Assembly (NCBI GenBank): GCA_951406725.2
Contig: OX597817.1
Coordinates: 105,214,001 to 105,278,000, forward strand
Length of the DNA stretch: 64,000 bases
Reading direction: 5' to 3'
Origin: Octopus vulgaris
Lineage: Eukaryota
The notes under the pieces are model-generated. The model worked only from the letters and a program-made list of their open reading frames with translations, was not told where the DNA came from and made no database searches. Of this stretch, positions 1-13,944 are shown piece after piece. Every line of letters begins with the position of its first letter. Within the stretch, counting starts at the first letter, position 1. A program made the translations under genes and the position numbers.

Positions 1-216
1 TTTGTGAGAGCAAATGATTGTAATATTCATGGAGATGTAAAATTGAAAATGAGAAGTTGGAAGGATGATGGAATGAGATGAGATGAAGTACATACAGTGT
101 GATTAGAGTTAATCGAAGGATTACCAGGTTTATAGGCACGTCGCTCTTGCACCTCTGACTTGAGCCATAAAAGCTCAACACTCTACTCACAAGCATAGGC
201 ACGCACGCACGCGCAT

Positions 217-308
<92 letters not shown>

Positions 309-338
309 GCACACACATACACACACACACACACACAC
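217..338. repeat. (CA)n microsatellite
   Basis: Direct read; it explains the ORFs at 187-372 and 215-421. Confidence 0.97.
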
Positions 339-566
339 TCAAGCACACACGTGTACCATTGTGTTCTGACATTCAAATATACTTAGCTGCAGACGTTGCT
401 GTCATACTAATACTATCATAGTTGCTGCCAGTTGGTTTTTCAAAATTTGGTGGGTGAGCAGTTATGGTAGTATTGGTTGCATTGGCTTTGATGTTGGCAA
501 TAGTAGTGGCGGTGACGGTGGGGCATTGTTGTTGTGGTGGCCATCTTGTTCTTGTTAATTATATTG

Positions 567-598
<32 letters not shown>

Positions 599-1219
599 GC
601 TTAGTTTCAAATCAAACTTCATTGACCAAAAGTCAAAACTGTTTCATTCATCTTTTAAAATACACCAGAGAATCATGTTATCTCGTGTAACTACTTTCTT
701 TCTTTATTTGAGATGGTATTGCTTATCTTGTTTATACTATTTATGTTGTGGATCATTAAAGAGTTGTGGGTGTTGTAGTGGTAGTGATTATACTGGTATT
801 GGTGTTGACGCTGGTTGTATTGGTGTCCACGGTAGATAATGGCGCTGTAAAGTATATAGTGCCTGTGGCCGGCTTTTGGCGATCACTACTATATTTTGGA
901 CCCTATGCCAAGGAAAGTGTTTGGATATGTTCTCTCTTGCGATGAGTGAATAGTATTAACATCCGGTATAGAAATTTGAACCCCAGTAGCTTTGAAATTA
1001 GACACCTAACAGCTTGAATATATCCAAACACCTCCCTAAGGTATTTGGATATATACAAACCGAAGACAGTTAGGATAGTTCTAATTATTTTAAATGTAAA
1101 GTATCAAAATCTATCTAATTAAGAATGGGAATTAATATAAGTAAAGGGCATTTAAAAGTAATAATTTGAGCTCGTAATCGGAGCTTATAAATAAATAAAT
1201 GAATAAATTATAACAGGAT

Positions 1220-1330
1220 TGGGTGTGGCTGTATTGTAAGAAATTTACTTACGAGGTTCCAGGTTCAGTCTTACTGCATGACACCTGAGGCAAGTGTCAT
1301 CTACTAGTGGAAACACAAAGAAGCGTATTG
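1220..1330 (+). mobile_element. Decayed tRNA-derived SINE fragment
   Basis: gtgtggctgtattgtaag...ggttccaggttcagtcttactgcatgacacctgaggcaagtgtc resembles the fuller copy at 23394-23789. Confidence 0.65.
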
Positions 1331-3402
1331 TGTATACATACATATATATATAAAGTAAAGCCTATTTGCCAACATAATGTGGCTGCCCCGAAAGGGACGA
1401 TGTTACTGTTGTTTTAACCCCAAGAAACATCGTTTCTTGCTGGCTATACTACACACTATCTGTGTCCTTATATTTTCGAACAGGGAGCTCAGCACTCCCA
1501 TCTAGCGTAAAACAACATCTGTGAACTAGTTTCTGGGTTATTGCTCTTTATCAACACAGAGTGGCTGCTTTGGTCAGATGGCGTCGCTGAATTCTATATG
1601 TTCGGACTATATGTTCGAACGGTGAATAAATAAAGTAAAATAAAATTACTTGTTTCCCAAAGGAAAAAAAGAAACTAAAAGGGGAGATGCAGTGAAAATG
1701 GTACACTCCTTCCCACGTGACATAGTCAGCCACTATAAAGTCAGACAGTTACTCGTTGTAGGAGGTCAGTAGTAGTAGTAGAGTCGTTGTACGAGTTCTC
1801 AGCGGGAGTCAGCGTCAGTTACGTGATATTTACGAGTTTGAGTTACCGTCAAGGTAGACGTTGCAAGTCGTTGTCTTGCAGAGCTATCAGCGATAGCACG
1901 AGGGAGGAGTCAAAAATAATAAGACGCGGAATACCGCCACAACATAATAGTGGCAACAAGAATATTATAGTGCCGACGACAACATACAAGTGGATGAAGA
2001 TCCAGATTATAACAAAAAGTAAAATGCAATGAAAATTAGATGGGAAAATAAGGTAATGGATATAGGAGAATAGAAATAATATAAACTTGCGAGACCCGTG
2101 AATGTTTCAGGGAATTAATGGTAAACTTATTGAGTTATTTCTGAAAACTAACTAAAAAAATCCCGAAAGCGTAGCCCGTGTTGTGTCTGTATGGGAAGAT
2201 AGTCGCTCACCTGCAACTCATTGAAAAATGAAAGAAATTGGAATACGATGATTACTTAATGCACTTCATATGCTTTATGCACAGTTTTATAAATTTAATA
2301 TACAGCACTCATAAAATAAATATTCACTCTTATTTTCCCATTTTTCTCGTAAACAACAATAAAAAATATCCCGTACATATGATACAACCTTTTGTTAAAT
2401 TGCATATATCTGCCACGTAAATAAGGGTGACTATTTCACGGAGTTGCACTTATGCGCATGTGTTAAGTGATAGGTGATATAAAAAAAACTGTAAAAAATG
2501 CACTTTTCACTATCCACGTACCACCGCCACCTCCTCCTCCACCAACACCACCACCACCACCACCACCACTACCATCATCTTCCTCTCCCTCTCCCTCCCT
2601 CTCTCTCTTTGCCTTTCTTTAACCTTAGCATCAGAACATTAATCCTCTGCTAAAATTATATTTCTAACTCTATATCACTACCTTCAACAAACTTTTTTAA
2701 CCACGTAATAAATATTACGTTTCCCCTACCACACGTCATGGACACATTTTTCTCTCTCCGTCCTTTCTCTCTCACTCTTCCCCTTATCCTTTTTTCTCTC
2801 TCCTTTTTCTTTCTCCTCTCTTTAGCTTCAACTAATCACTTAAAAGTGTTACAATTACGTTCCATCTACCTTCCGTCATGGTTGCTTTTCTCTCTCTCTC
2901 TTTCTCTTCTACTTTTCTTTCTCCCTCTTTTTCTCTAATCATGTGAAAGCGTTACCGACGGGCTAAGCAACGTAATGACAAGCAGAATTATTATATAAGA
3001 TGGATATGTTCGTCACAAAAAAAAAAATTGAGAAAAACGAAAAGAGATCTGTGATTGGATGAACTAAGCAAAAATGACAAGTGGTATTTAATTTAAATAT
3101 GTATCATCCCTCATCTGTTGAGCCAGGAGGGCTTGTGGATGTCTTATCGTATTTCTCTCATGATTAATTATCGAGGAAATCATCCGGAGGTTTTGTTGTA
3201 AATATGTTTACCTCGTACCGCTAATTGCTGTCTTTTATTTCTCGTTTTCCCTACATCATAAGATAGTGCACTGCTCCGTATCGGCCACTTAATATTATAC
3301 TTTGTTTTTATCTTTAAGCTGTCAAATTAGTTTGCTTAATGAAGTCGAGCTTTCTTTATTTCTGTGTTTAAATGATGAGACGTGGTTATAATATCGAGAT
3401 TT

Positions 3403-3880
3403 GGGTACACTAGGTATATGCATCGCAACCATATGCGCGTGACATGATGACCTCTTATCAAGATAAACAACTTTTGACCTTGCAGGTGGGGCCCAGTCTA
3501 AATTTTCTTCAGGTCTAGTAGCCCAACCCGCTCAAAAGGTCCCTGGATAAAGGTTGTTTAAGGATGATGAACGAAACACCATGTTTCCAGAAGTGAATTA
3601 TTTAAACCCCAAAGAGTCCCACTCAGCACATGGCTATGATGCTCCCCCACTATTCCTGTTCATGATCAGAAACGCACATATCGTCAGACTTTAACTAGTT
3701 GAGCCGGTTAAAGCTCAACTGGTTAAAGTCAAGTAACTTACAAGCAATCTCTTATATTGAGCAGAATATTTGCTTTAACCCATCTTTTATACCAGGACAA
3801 AACATGTACTTGGTAACACTTCCAATCAGTTAAAATAAAAAGCCAAGAGAACCACTGTCTGGTATTGCATCAGAACAGTT
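3403..3880 (-). mobile_element. Non-autonomous retroelement associated with (TAA)n, partial copy
   Basis: 3403-3793 aligns by eye with 4422-4782; it abuts a tta/ttg simple repeat. Confidence 0.75.
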
Positions 3881-3909
3881 ATTATTATTGTTGTTATTGT
3901 TGTTGCTAT

Positions 3910-4159
3910 TGATTTAACTCAGCTTCGGTCTTATTCCTAGCAGGGTTTATATGAATAGCAGATTATTACATGTAACCTTAGGTATCTGATAGCTTTCAAT
4001 AGTCTTTCAAGTGCTTAGAATCCTCATGATAATCTTTCCTATCTCTAAGAGGCAAACTTTCTGTACAAACTCTACAGTGCTTTCTATACTAACCTCCTTC
4101 AACCATTTGTCTATATCATTGCTTACAGTTCCACTGCACTAATTATTATAGGCACAACC

Positions 4160-4160
<1 letters not shown>
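3910..4160 (-). mobile_element. 3' end of an R4/Dong-type LINE (C-terminus of the RLE domain plus 3' UTR)
   Basis: Minus strand translates (one frameshift) as KVVPIIISA..GTVSNDIDKWLKEV...VQKVCLLEIGKIIMRILST*, matching the VVPIVIGALG...LQKAxLLGTARILR ending of R4/Dong ORFs; flanked by (TAA)n. Confidence 0.75.
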
Positions 4161-4210
<50 letters not shown>

Positions 4211-4259
4211 GTTATTGTTATTGTTGCTGTTGTTGTTGTTGTTGTTATTGTTATTGTTG

Positions 4260-4333
<74 letters not shown>
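4160..4333. repeat. (TTA)n/(TTG)n microsatellite; tail and target of Dong-like elements
   Basis: Direct read. Confidence 0.97.
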
Positions 4334-5393
4334 TAGTGAGAGAGCAGTTCATGCCATCAAAGTGACACTGGGGTAAAATATACGAAGCCCAATATACCCA
4401 TCATGACTACCCGTCTGATAAAGGTACACTAGGCACATGCATCACAACCATATGTGCGCGACATGGTGATCTCATATCAAGATAAACAGCACATGACCTT
4501 GCAGGTGGGGCCCAGTTAGAATTTTCTTCAGGTCGAGTAGCCCATCCCGCTCAAACGGTCCCTGAATAAGAACCACCCATGTTTCCAGAGGTGAACTATT
4601 CAAACCCCAAAGAATCCCTCTCAACACACGGCTATGATGCTCCTCCACTACTTCTGCTCGTGATCAGAGATGCACATATCGTCAGCCACTAAGGGACATG
4701 CTCAACTGGTTAAGGTCAAACAACTGACAAGCAAATCTGTGGTATTGAGCAGAATATTTGCTGTAGCCCATCTTTTATACCATTTGTACTCTATAGATGC
4801 TAAAACCTTACATCCAGAGATTAGGTGGTCGACTGTTTCTATCCCATCGTTGCAGTATGGGCACTTTGGTTCTACACCATTTTTCATCATATTGGCTTGA
4901 TAGTTCCGGGTCAATAAGCTCTGACCTTGGGCAGCCAAGATAAAGCCTTCACTCTCTGCCTTTAGCCCTGAGCTCCGTAGCCACTGATGGGTGTGCTTCT
5001 GGTCTACATCAGCTTGTTTGCTACGGGTCGCATATTTGCCATGGGTGGTTTTTGTTCCCACCCATCAGCCAATTGTTCTAGCGCATTTTACTTTGATCTT
5101 GATTTCACCTCCTTTGCAACTACAGTTGCTGCACTTCCTTCACGCTGTTCAACCTGGGTATTATGCATAAACTCACTTGAAAAGTGTTTTGCTCTCCTTC
5201 ATAACAGAATGAAGCTTCTCACGTCTTTCATGGTTTTCAACGAGCTTTAGCAGCCAGTCATTTGATGTTTAAAGATATTTTGCCAATCCAATTGTGGTGG
5301 TTTTGTATGAGATTTCAAACTGGATCAAACCTCGACCTCCTTGAGCTCTGGGTAGGTAAAGACGATCTGCGTCTGCCTTTTGGGTGGGACATC

Positions 5394-6260
5394 TTATTGC
5401 AAGTCAGCAACTCTCTCTCTCTCTTTTACTCTTTTACTTGTTTCAGTCATTTGACTGCGGCCATGCTGGAGCACCGCCTTTTTGTCAATCTTCCTTATTT
5501 CGCTCATATTCCAGTTCAACACATTGAAACTGTAAATAACAACAGGAACTGCTAATGAATTTATAGCTAACACCTTGTTACGTGCATTTAACTCAGATTT
5601 TAGGACTGCCCGAACTCTCCTGTAAGACTCCTTCTCTTTCATACTTGCATGTTGAATGCCAGAGCCCTCATTTATTCCGAGGTATTTGTAAGTTTGTTCC
5701 TGCTCGAGCTCTTTTATGACTGTGTCAACATCCAACACCACTGAATGTGAGATATTCAGTTTCCCTTTCTGGAAAGTAGCCTTGGCACATTTATCAAGAT
5801 CAAATTCCATCCCAATGTCATCACTGAATGCTTTCACAGTACGTAGTAGTTCTTCAAGCTCATCATCGTCTTTGCCATAAAGTTTTAAGTCAACCATATC
5901 AAATAGATGACTTATTTTCTTCTCGCCAATTTTATATCTATACCCTCTTCTGTTGAGTTCACTTGTAAGGGGTATTAGGGCTATGCAGAAAATTAGAGGT
6001 GAAAGTGAGTGACCTTGGAAAATGTCGCAGTTGATATTAATATTTTTTGTGGTCAGTACTCCATCAGAGACGTATAACTGGAGATTTGTATTCCACATTG
6101 ACATGTTGTGTTTCAGGAAGTTTGAAATCACAGGAGAAATTTTGAAGATATCCAGCGATTTCAAGATCCATGAATGCTGTGTGCTGTCGAAGGCAATTTT
6201 ATAATCAATCCATGCAGAACTAAGATTTCTGCGTTTGTTATGACAGTTCTCAAGGATCAT
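5394..6260 (-). pseudogene. Reverse transcriptase core fragment of the R4/Dong LINE
   Basis: RT motifs in the 288-aa ORF; catalytic YxDD mutated to DMVD; interrupted near 5411-5478 by a SINE 3' fragment. Confidence 0.9.
5411..5478 (-). mobile_element. SINE 3' fragment inserted into the LINE
   Basis: cttttacttgtttcagtcatttgactgcggccatgctggagcaccgcc is the reverse complement of the SINE end at ~23729-23780; LINE coding resumes on each side (KIDKK | LLTCNKMSHPK). Confidence 0.85.
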
Positions 6261-6901
6261 GCGATTGATTAGGAGTTAGTCTTTGCATCCATATAAGCCT
6301 CGTCGGCACCCTTTTTGTTTAGTAGGGAAAATATCGTTCTATTCCATAAATGTGTATATTTTCTCCACGAGAAAGTTTATACGTGGTTGATAGACATGTT
6401 ATGGGCCGGTAGTTTTGGGGAAATTTGGTTTCATTACTCTTCGGGAGTAGGTAAGTAATACCTCTTGCTAACCAGTCGGGTGTTTTTGCACGGCCTCTCA
6501 TAATTTCATTGATTAACTGGACTAACTTTTCGTGTGCGCACGGGAGCGAGGCGAGCCAAAAATTCGGTACCCTATCATTAGCAGATTTCCAATTATGAGC
6601 CTTTGTAAGTGTCATCCTTAGGTCTGCTATTGTGATATCTTCTCTTGCTTGCACTGGTAAGTTTTGGTAGGATCCAGCCTGCATTTTCCTTATAAGTCTT
6701 TTCATTACTCTAGATATTTTCCCAGAAGTTTTCAACTTCTTCCATGGCTTCTTCAACAGTTATTTTCTTCTTCCCTATTTCTCTGTAGATCGTTTTCGCA
6801 TTGGATTTGAACAACTTATTTTGTCTGTAAAATTTGTTTCTCTTATCAAATCTTCGTATTCTTTGAGATTTGGCTTGGACTAATTATCATCATCATCATC
6901 A

Positions 6902-6954
<53 letters not shown>

Positions 6955-7550
6955 GGTTCCAACCCTACATTTATTTCTTCTGTCATCACTGTTGACCTTA
7001 TCCCTATTGTTTTTGTTATTAACTTTTATTACTATCATTATCACCATCTTTTTAAAGAGTTCCGTTGTACTAAAAAGTATTGTTGTTAGTATTGTTTTCA
7101 TTAGAATTTACCTGTTTAGTATCACCGTCTCTAACATCTATATAATAACCTGCTTGTTCGTTCACCCATTATACTTTAGCTAGTTAGAGAGGTGGAGTGA
7201 GTGAGAGATGGCGGTGGAATGAGTGAGAGGTAGAGGTGGAGTAAAAGTGTGCGTGTGAGAGAGAGACAGAGAGGGAGATGTGAGTAAGAAAAAAGGGAGG
7301 AAGAAGAAGAGAAAGATGTATAATACGGCCAAATGTGTCACGTGGTTAGTCGAAGGGAGAGGCGAAGAGCGAGAGAAAAAGACGGTAAGAGAAAAGAAGG
7401 AGTGAGAAGTGTTAACGACGTGGTATAGGGCGGAGAGGGAAAGATAAAGAGAAAGTGATATGTTTAGGATACAATAGTCAGTAGAGGGTGATATTCTGGT
7501 GGACAGTTTAAAGAAAGGCCGGTAGAGATAGATGGAAAGGGGGCAGTTAC

Positions 7551-7553
<3 letters not shown>

Positions 7554-7621
<68 letters not shown>
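7554..7621. repeat. (GA)n microsatellite
   Basis: Direct read. Confidence 0.97.
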
Positions 7622-7625
<4 letters not shown>

Positions 7626-8261
7626 GCGTTTGTATTGTCAGAGTAGAGCCTCATCGACAGGAAAAAAGATTAAACAAACAGTTGAACTGAAATTAAATGA
7701 GCTTTGTTACTGAAAACTATAGTGATGATGATGATGATGATGATGATGATGGTGGTGGTGGCATGTTGATACTAAAAAGTATTTTTTATCGAACTAAATG
7801 TATAATATTATTCTTTACACTTTACACTTTAGTTTGTCAGAGAGGAGGAGGAGGTGCAGTGAGAAAGAGGAAGAGGGAATGTGAGAGTAAGTGAGAGAGC
7901 AGATAGCCAACTGATGGATTATACTGTCACTCATATGGTTAGTGGAAGTGAAAGGTGCAGAGAAAGAGAGAAATATTAAAGAGATGCAGAAGGGAATCAC
8001 ATGGTTAGTAAGTTGATTGAAGTAGAGAGACTATTGTATCCTAAATATAAAGTGCTTAGAAGAAGGCGATTTTAAAATCATATGTTATTGTGACTGGAAG
8101 TGAATTAACTCAGCAAAATAAAAATAAAAATGCAAGTCATCATTTCTCTCTTAAATAGATTCTCTTAATCTTTTTCGTTCTGTGGAAATTCCACGAGTGT
8201 CACTAGTTATTAATAGACTGACTATTGGTATAAAAGCTATCACTACTATTATACCTACTAT

Positions 8262-8390
8262 TCTTGTTGTTGCTGCTGCTGTTGTTGTTGTTGTTGTTGT
8301 TGTTCTTCTTCTTCTTCTTCTTCTTCTTCTTCTTCTTCTTCTTCTTCTTCTTCTTCTTCTTCTTCTTCTTCTTCTTCTTCTTCTTCTTTC
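8262..8390. repeat. Compound (TTG)n-(CTT)n microsatellite
   Basis: Direct read; source of the poly-R/K/L/F ORFs. Confidence 0.97.
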
Positions 8391-8515
8391 TTCCCCCCTC
8401 TCTCTCTCTATATATATATACACACATACTATATTTATATAGATATATATATATATACATGAATATACATTATATATATATTATATATATATATATATAT
8501 ACGTAACATACGGTA

Positions 8516-8554
<39 letters not shown>

Positions 8555-9280
8555 AGAGAGAGAAAGAAAGGGTGAGGGAGAACAAGAGATAGATAGATGC
8601 AAAAACAATATATGCACAAATATTCACGTTGAAAATTTCTACGCCCCACATGGTGTTTATAGTAAATCATACTCAAACACAGGGACACACTGACACACGC
8701 CCATAGACACGCACGTACACACGTATTTGTATGCGCGTGTGTGTGTGTGTGTAATTATAATGCTGTAAAGCACAAGCTTCGCTAGAAATAGGAGTCAAAT
8801 GAACCCCTAAACCACATAGAGCTCATTTAAAACAAGGATGGTGACAGCCGTGCGGTGAATAAAAATTATTGGTCTCACCTCTGCGAAGATCGCAAAAGGA
8901 ATGGCAGATAAATTAGAATCGATTTCTGGATTTGCGCCAAGGGGCGCTTGTCCTTCTTTAACCAAGTCTACTGTAAACAGCCAAAATTTAAAAGATACTT
9001 TAGTAATTATGACTATTCAAAACTAGTTAGAAGGAGAAACATATTGTTGAGAACAATGCATTTCGTTGGGTGTCTGTTATCTCTATTCTAGCTTTTGGTG
9101 GCCTAGAAGAGGTTAGAACGGTCAAATGGCAAAGGCATTATATTGCTTAGCGAAGGCATCTGGTAAACGTAACTGCTGTCACTCACAGAAAAATTGTTGT
9201 TTTACCATGAGAAAAGTGCTGTTGAACTGATAAGTGAAATTTGGTGATCAGGATCGAATCTACGGTATGCCTGCATGAAG

Positions 9281-9344
<64 letters not shown>

Positions 9345-9919
9345 ACTCACACACACACATATATACGCATTATATTTACACGTATGTATGCGTGTATGTG
9401 TGTATGTATACATGTATCGTGATTATAACTATTCAAATTGTTAACTATGCTTTGATCTTAAATAGCACGTCAAATAATGGCTTTTTGATTAAGAAGGGAG
9501 TGCGGTTTTTAATTTCTTAGAATTTATCCGAGTCTCCGTAAGCGCGGAATCCTGTAACGTGAGGTGACCGTAACTTGCGTGCGCGTGTATGTGTGCTTCT
9601 ACTTTCACATTTAACTATCGTTTACTTTTTCTACCAACAACATATATCATTCTCAAGCGCCCAACATTTATTTTACTGACCATTCATTTCTTAAGTACGG
9701 TTGATATTGTAGCTGAGGTTCACCATTATCATATAATGTGTCTAGCAACAAACACCAAAGAATAGATTCTCTTGTGGTTTATGTGTCTAGTCCTATACTA
9801 GCTAACGCAGTGACACCTGATCGATTAAACCACCAATGAAAAGGTTAACAAGTATGTCACAGATATTGATGTTTTATAGTAGTAGAGTTTTATCTATACA
9901 ATATATATGTGTGTATGTG

Positions 9920-9964
<45 letters not shown>

Positions 9965-10158
9965 CACGCGCACGCGCGCACTTTTTTTGTGTGTGTTGTG
10001 TGTATACATATGTGTGTGTGTGAGAGAGTGCGTTTGAATGTATACGTATAAAGAAAATAAAATACAAAATGCGACAGATCGAAAGGACGTTCACAATTAA
10101 TAAAATTGTTAGGCTGACCGTTCAAAGAAGGAGAACGAGTAAAATTTATTGCGTCAAA

Positions 10159-10193
10159 GTATAACGTTTCGGACGTAGTTCTTCGTCGAATAC
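10159..10193 (-). ncRNA. Degenerate minimal type I hammerhead ribozyme (Penelope pLTR type)
   Basis: Reverse complement gtat-TCGACGA-agaactacgtcc-GAAACGTT-atac: stem I gtat/atac pairs, stem III is the palindromic AACGTT, and the core deviates from CUGANGA at two positions. Confidence 0.45.
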
Positions 10194-10336
10194 GAAAAAA
10201 AATTCAAAAAGAGACAAGAAACTGAGGAAAGAAAGGGGAAATAGGAGATAAGAAAAGAGAGAAGAGAGCCAGGAATAAAACACACGTTGGTTACTTAGCA
10301 TGTTCGACTTCTGACTAACCGGAAAAGTGAGAGATA

Positions 10337-11581
10337 TGAGAGGTGTTCATTAAAGAATTCCTATGACCCACTTCCCTTGGACTGGAATAAACTTGGCATG
10401 ATTATTAGCCCTTCTCTGCATAACCACCACCAATGGCGACACACTTCTTCCATCGCTTGATGCAGCTGTGAAGACCTCGTTTGTAGAAGTCAGTAGGTTG
10501 CGCCTGGTGCCAAGACTTCAACTCGAAAATAAGTTCATCATCATCCAAAAAGTGCTTCCTTTTCAAAAGATACTTCATGGTTTGGAAAGAGGTCAGATGG
10601 TGCGAGATCGGGAGTGTAAGGGGGATGAGGAAGGATTTCATAACCGCAGGAGTGTGATTTCTTCTGGGCAACGTGCGCATTGTGAACTGGAATGTTGTCT
10701 TGGAGGAGGCAGACTCCTTTGGTCAGCATACCCGACTTTCTGCTTTGATGGCGTCCCGCAATTTCTGTCGAAGAGAAGCATAATATTGTGGTACCCTTTG
10801 CCAGAAAATCCACCATCACTAACCCGCGCTGGTCCCAAAAACCTGTGAGCATCACCTTGCCTGCTGAGGGTTGGACACGAACCTTCATTGGAGGTGATGA
10901 GTTATCATGCTTCCATTGCTTCAATTGGACTTTAGTCTCATGATCATAATGACGGACCCATGCTTCATCCTGTGTGATAAATCTACCGAAAAAGCTCTCC
11001 TCGTTTATTGGCACATTGCCAAAAGAGGCTGGGAGCAATTGACTCGTTCCTGCTTCTGAAAAGGTGTGAGCATACGGGGAATATATCGTGCAGATAACAT
11101 CCGCATGTGCACATGGTTGTAAATTATTTTTTTCACGGATCCTACACTTATCTTCACTTCTTGGGCTAGGTGCTGAATGCGGTGATCCTCCAAAATGGCG
11201 GCTTCCACTTTATGAATGGCGTCGTCATCAATGTCGGAATGTGGTTGTCCACCGATGTCCAACCGCATTTGAACTTACGATGCCAGTGCTTGACTATGTC
11301 GTATGACGGTGCATCGTCACTATAAACTTCTTTCATCTCATCGGAAGTCTCTTTGGTGTACAACTTTTCAAGTATAAGAACCTGATCACTGATCTGCATT
11401 CAACTGGCTCCATTATAACATCTTAGTCCATTTCAGCAATCGTAAAAGACAAATGAATACTAGTGGAAAGCTGCGATTTACAATGTGACATGTAGAGACA
11501 TGTATCATTATATTTGTACAAGTTCCATTTCCTGCACTAACCGGAAGTGGGTCAGAGGTAATCTTTAATGAACACCTCTCG
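10337..11581 (-). mobile_element. Full-length decayed mariner transposon
   Basis: ~38-bp TIRs (gagaggtgttcattaaaga...tgacccacttcc) with TA at both ends; transposase motifs TQDEAWV, LLQDN, HPPYTPDLAPSD and YIPRML (WVPHEL-like); frameshifted. Confidence 0.93.
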
Positions 11582-12139
11582 TAATTGTAGTTTTTAAAGG
11601 CGAGAGAGTACCCGTTGGCATGCATGTGTATGTGAATGAATACGTGTATGTGTGAAAACGCGCGTATGCATGACTATAGAGGGTACGAGCAGTGTGCTTG
11701 TGTGAGGGAGTGCTTGGTTGGTTAGATTAGCAGTGTCTGTGTGTGATTAGAGTGTGGTATAGGTTAGTTGTGTGTATGTGTTTAGGTGCATTGTGTGTGT
11801 GTGTGTGTGTGCGTGTGTGCGTGTATGTGTGCGTGTATGTGTGCGTGTGTGTTTATGTGTGAGTATATAGGAGGCATGAGTAGTGTGGGTACAGGTGTGT
11901 AGGTGCCTACATACCTACACGCACATTACTCATACCTCTCTATACGGACAATGATAGGGTAATGGGATTGGCAGTGTATGCGTCAGTGACTGTGCGTGTC
12001 TGTGTTTATGTATATGAGTGTATGTGTACCGCGCTCACACACTCACACACTCACACACTCACACACTCACACACACACGCGCGCGCGCGCGCGCAAATTA
12101 ACGCATGCATGTACATATGATTATACCCATGCGAAAATA

Positions 12140-13401
12140 TCAGGTTATTAAGAATGCAATCTCTGATTTTGAACTGGAAGTTTATTTTACTTTATCTCAA
12201 CAAAATGCCATGCAGTTAATCAAAGTATGCATCTAAATTATCAACACAATTTTGCCATTTTATCGGTAGCTTATTTATACCGGTTGCGAAGAATTCTGGA
12301 AAGCAAGAGGTGATGAAATCACGAAAGGTTGTTTTTGCATCTTCTTCAGATTTGAAGTTCTTTCCTTGCAAAATGTTGTCTAACACCTGGAAAACGTGAT
12401 AGTCAGTTGGTGCAAAGTCTGGTGAATATGATGGATAACATAGTACTTCCAAGTTCAGTTCTTGTAACTTGGGTAGCGTTCTTTGTGCAACATGTGGAGC
12501 ATTGTCTTGCAAGAGAATTGGACTGTCTCTATTGACCAATCTCGGTTGTTTAATTGCAAGTTCACTCATCATTTCATCCAACTGGTTGATGTATACATCC
12601 GCTGTAATTGACTTACCAGGTCTTATGAAGCTGTAGTGGATGACACCAGCGCTGGACCACTAAACTGACACCATTAGCATTTTTTGGTGAATATTCTTTT
12701 TTGGATTGTGTTTTGGAACTTCGTCTTTATCTAACCACCGTGAAAAACGCTTGCTATTGTTTAAAAGAATCCGTTTTTCATCACACGTAACAATATGATG
12801 CAAAAATGGTTCGCTTTTATGCCGTGACAGCAAAGAACTTCAAGTTTCAAGACGACGTGTCATTTGATGCTCGTTGAGTTCGTGTGGTACCCACTTGTCC
12901 AGCTTCTTTACTTTGCCGATTAGTATCAGATGGTGCAATACAGTTGGAATCAAAACATAAAACCCTACTGCTAACTCACGCATAGTTTGAGATGTATCCA
13001 CTTCCACTACAGTTTCCAACTCATCCACCTTGGACTCAGGTTTGATTGTCAAGAGTAAAGTCACCAGACCGGCACTTCTCAATCTATCGCCATACAGTGC
13101 GCTCATTCGTCACGTCTTCACCAAACACCTCATTGATGTTTCGAGTTGTTTGGGATGCATTGGTCCCAAGACGGAACTTATATTCATAAACACGAATTTT
13201 TTTATCTATCCATGGGTTCACAAAAATTGATTTACAAGAAAAACTTACAATATAATTAGACATCCCGAATTGCATTTCGGAAAGCGATGATGTAACTCAT
13301 CAATGTTGTAAAACAAAGAATTGTCAGGATAAAACATGTTAGTCAATGACTAACAAACATGGTGCATAAGAAAATCAGACATTTCATTCTTAATGACCTG
13401 A
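12140..13401 (-). mobile_element. Full-length decayed mariner transposon, second family (Hsmar1-like)
   Basis: TIRs tcaggttattaagaatg.aat.tctgatttt with TA flanks; KWVPHEL, ILLQDNA and YSPDFAPTDYH motifs; multiple frameshifts. Confidence 0.93.
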
Positions 13402-13669
13402 TATATTTAAAAGTACATATAAAAGTTAGTGTATTTCTGTATTTTTGCGTGTGAGTCAATGTTATAAGCATTCGTGTGTGTGTGTGTTTTATGTGTGTAT
13501 AAATATAAATATCTATGTTATGTATGTACGCATGCAGAAGAAAAAATTCATTGGAAAAGAAAGTGAATGAGACTAAAAAGGGGAGAGAAACTTGGGCCTG
13601 AACCTGGTAGTTGGTTGGTGTGTCCGTATGTATGTGTGTGTGTATAAGTGTGTTCATATAATTATATAC

Positions 13670-13730
<61 letters not shown>

Positions 13731-13944
13731 GCATGTACGTATATGTGTGCGTGTGTATGAAAGTGTTTACTGGGTTGAGGCTGGCAATGTGTGTATGAGA
13801 GTGTGTGTGTGTGCTTGTGTGTGCGTGTACGTATAAGTGTATGTGTTCGTGGCTATGTGTGTATGGCTGTGTATGTGGCTTATATTCTATGCGCGTGTGT
13901 ATGTAACTGTATGTATCTCTGTGTGGGCGTGTAGTATGTTACAG

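Larger units (their letters stand above)
4334..6880 (-). mobile_element. 5'-truncated, decayed R4/Dong-clade non-LTR retrotransposon (RT plus CCHC knuckle; RLE domain missing)
   Basis: ORF pieces contain NYRPITCLSTTYKL, WIDYKIAFDS, IFQGHSLSPLIFC, HLFDMVDLKLY (degenerate YMDD), YKYLG, AESEGFILAAQ and CPYC-x8-HLISGC; (TAA)n on both flanks, the known Dong target. Confidence 0.92.
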
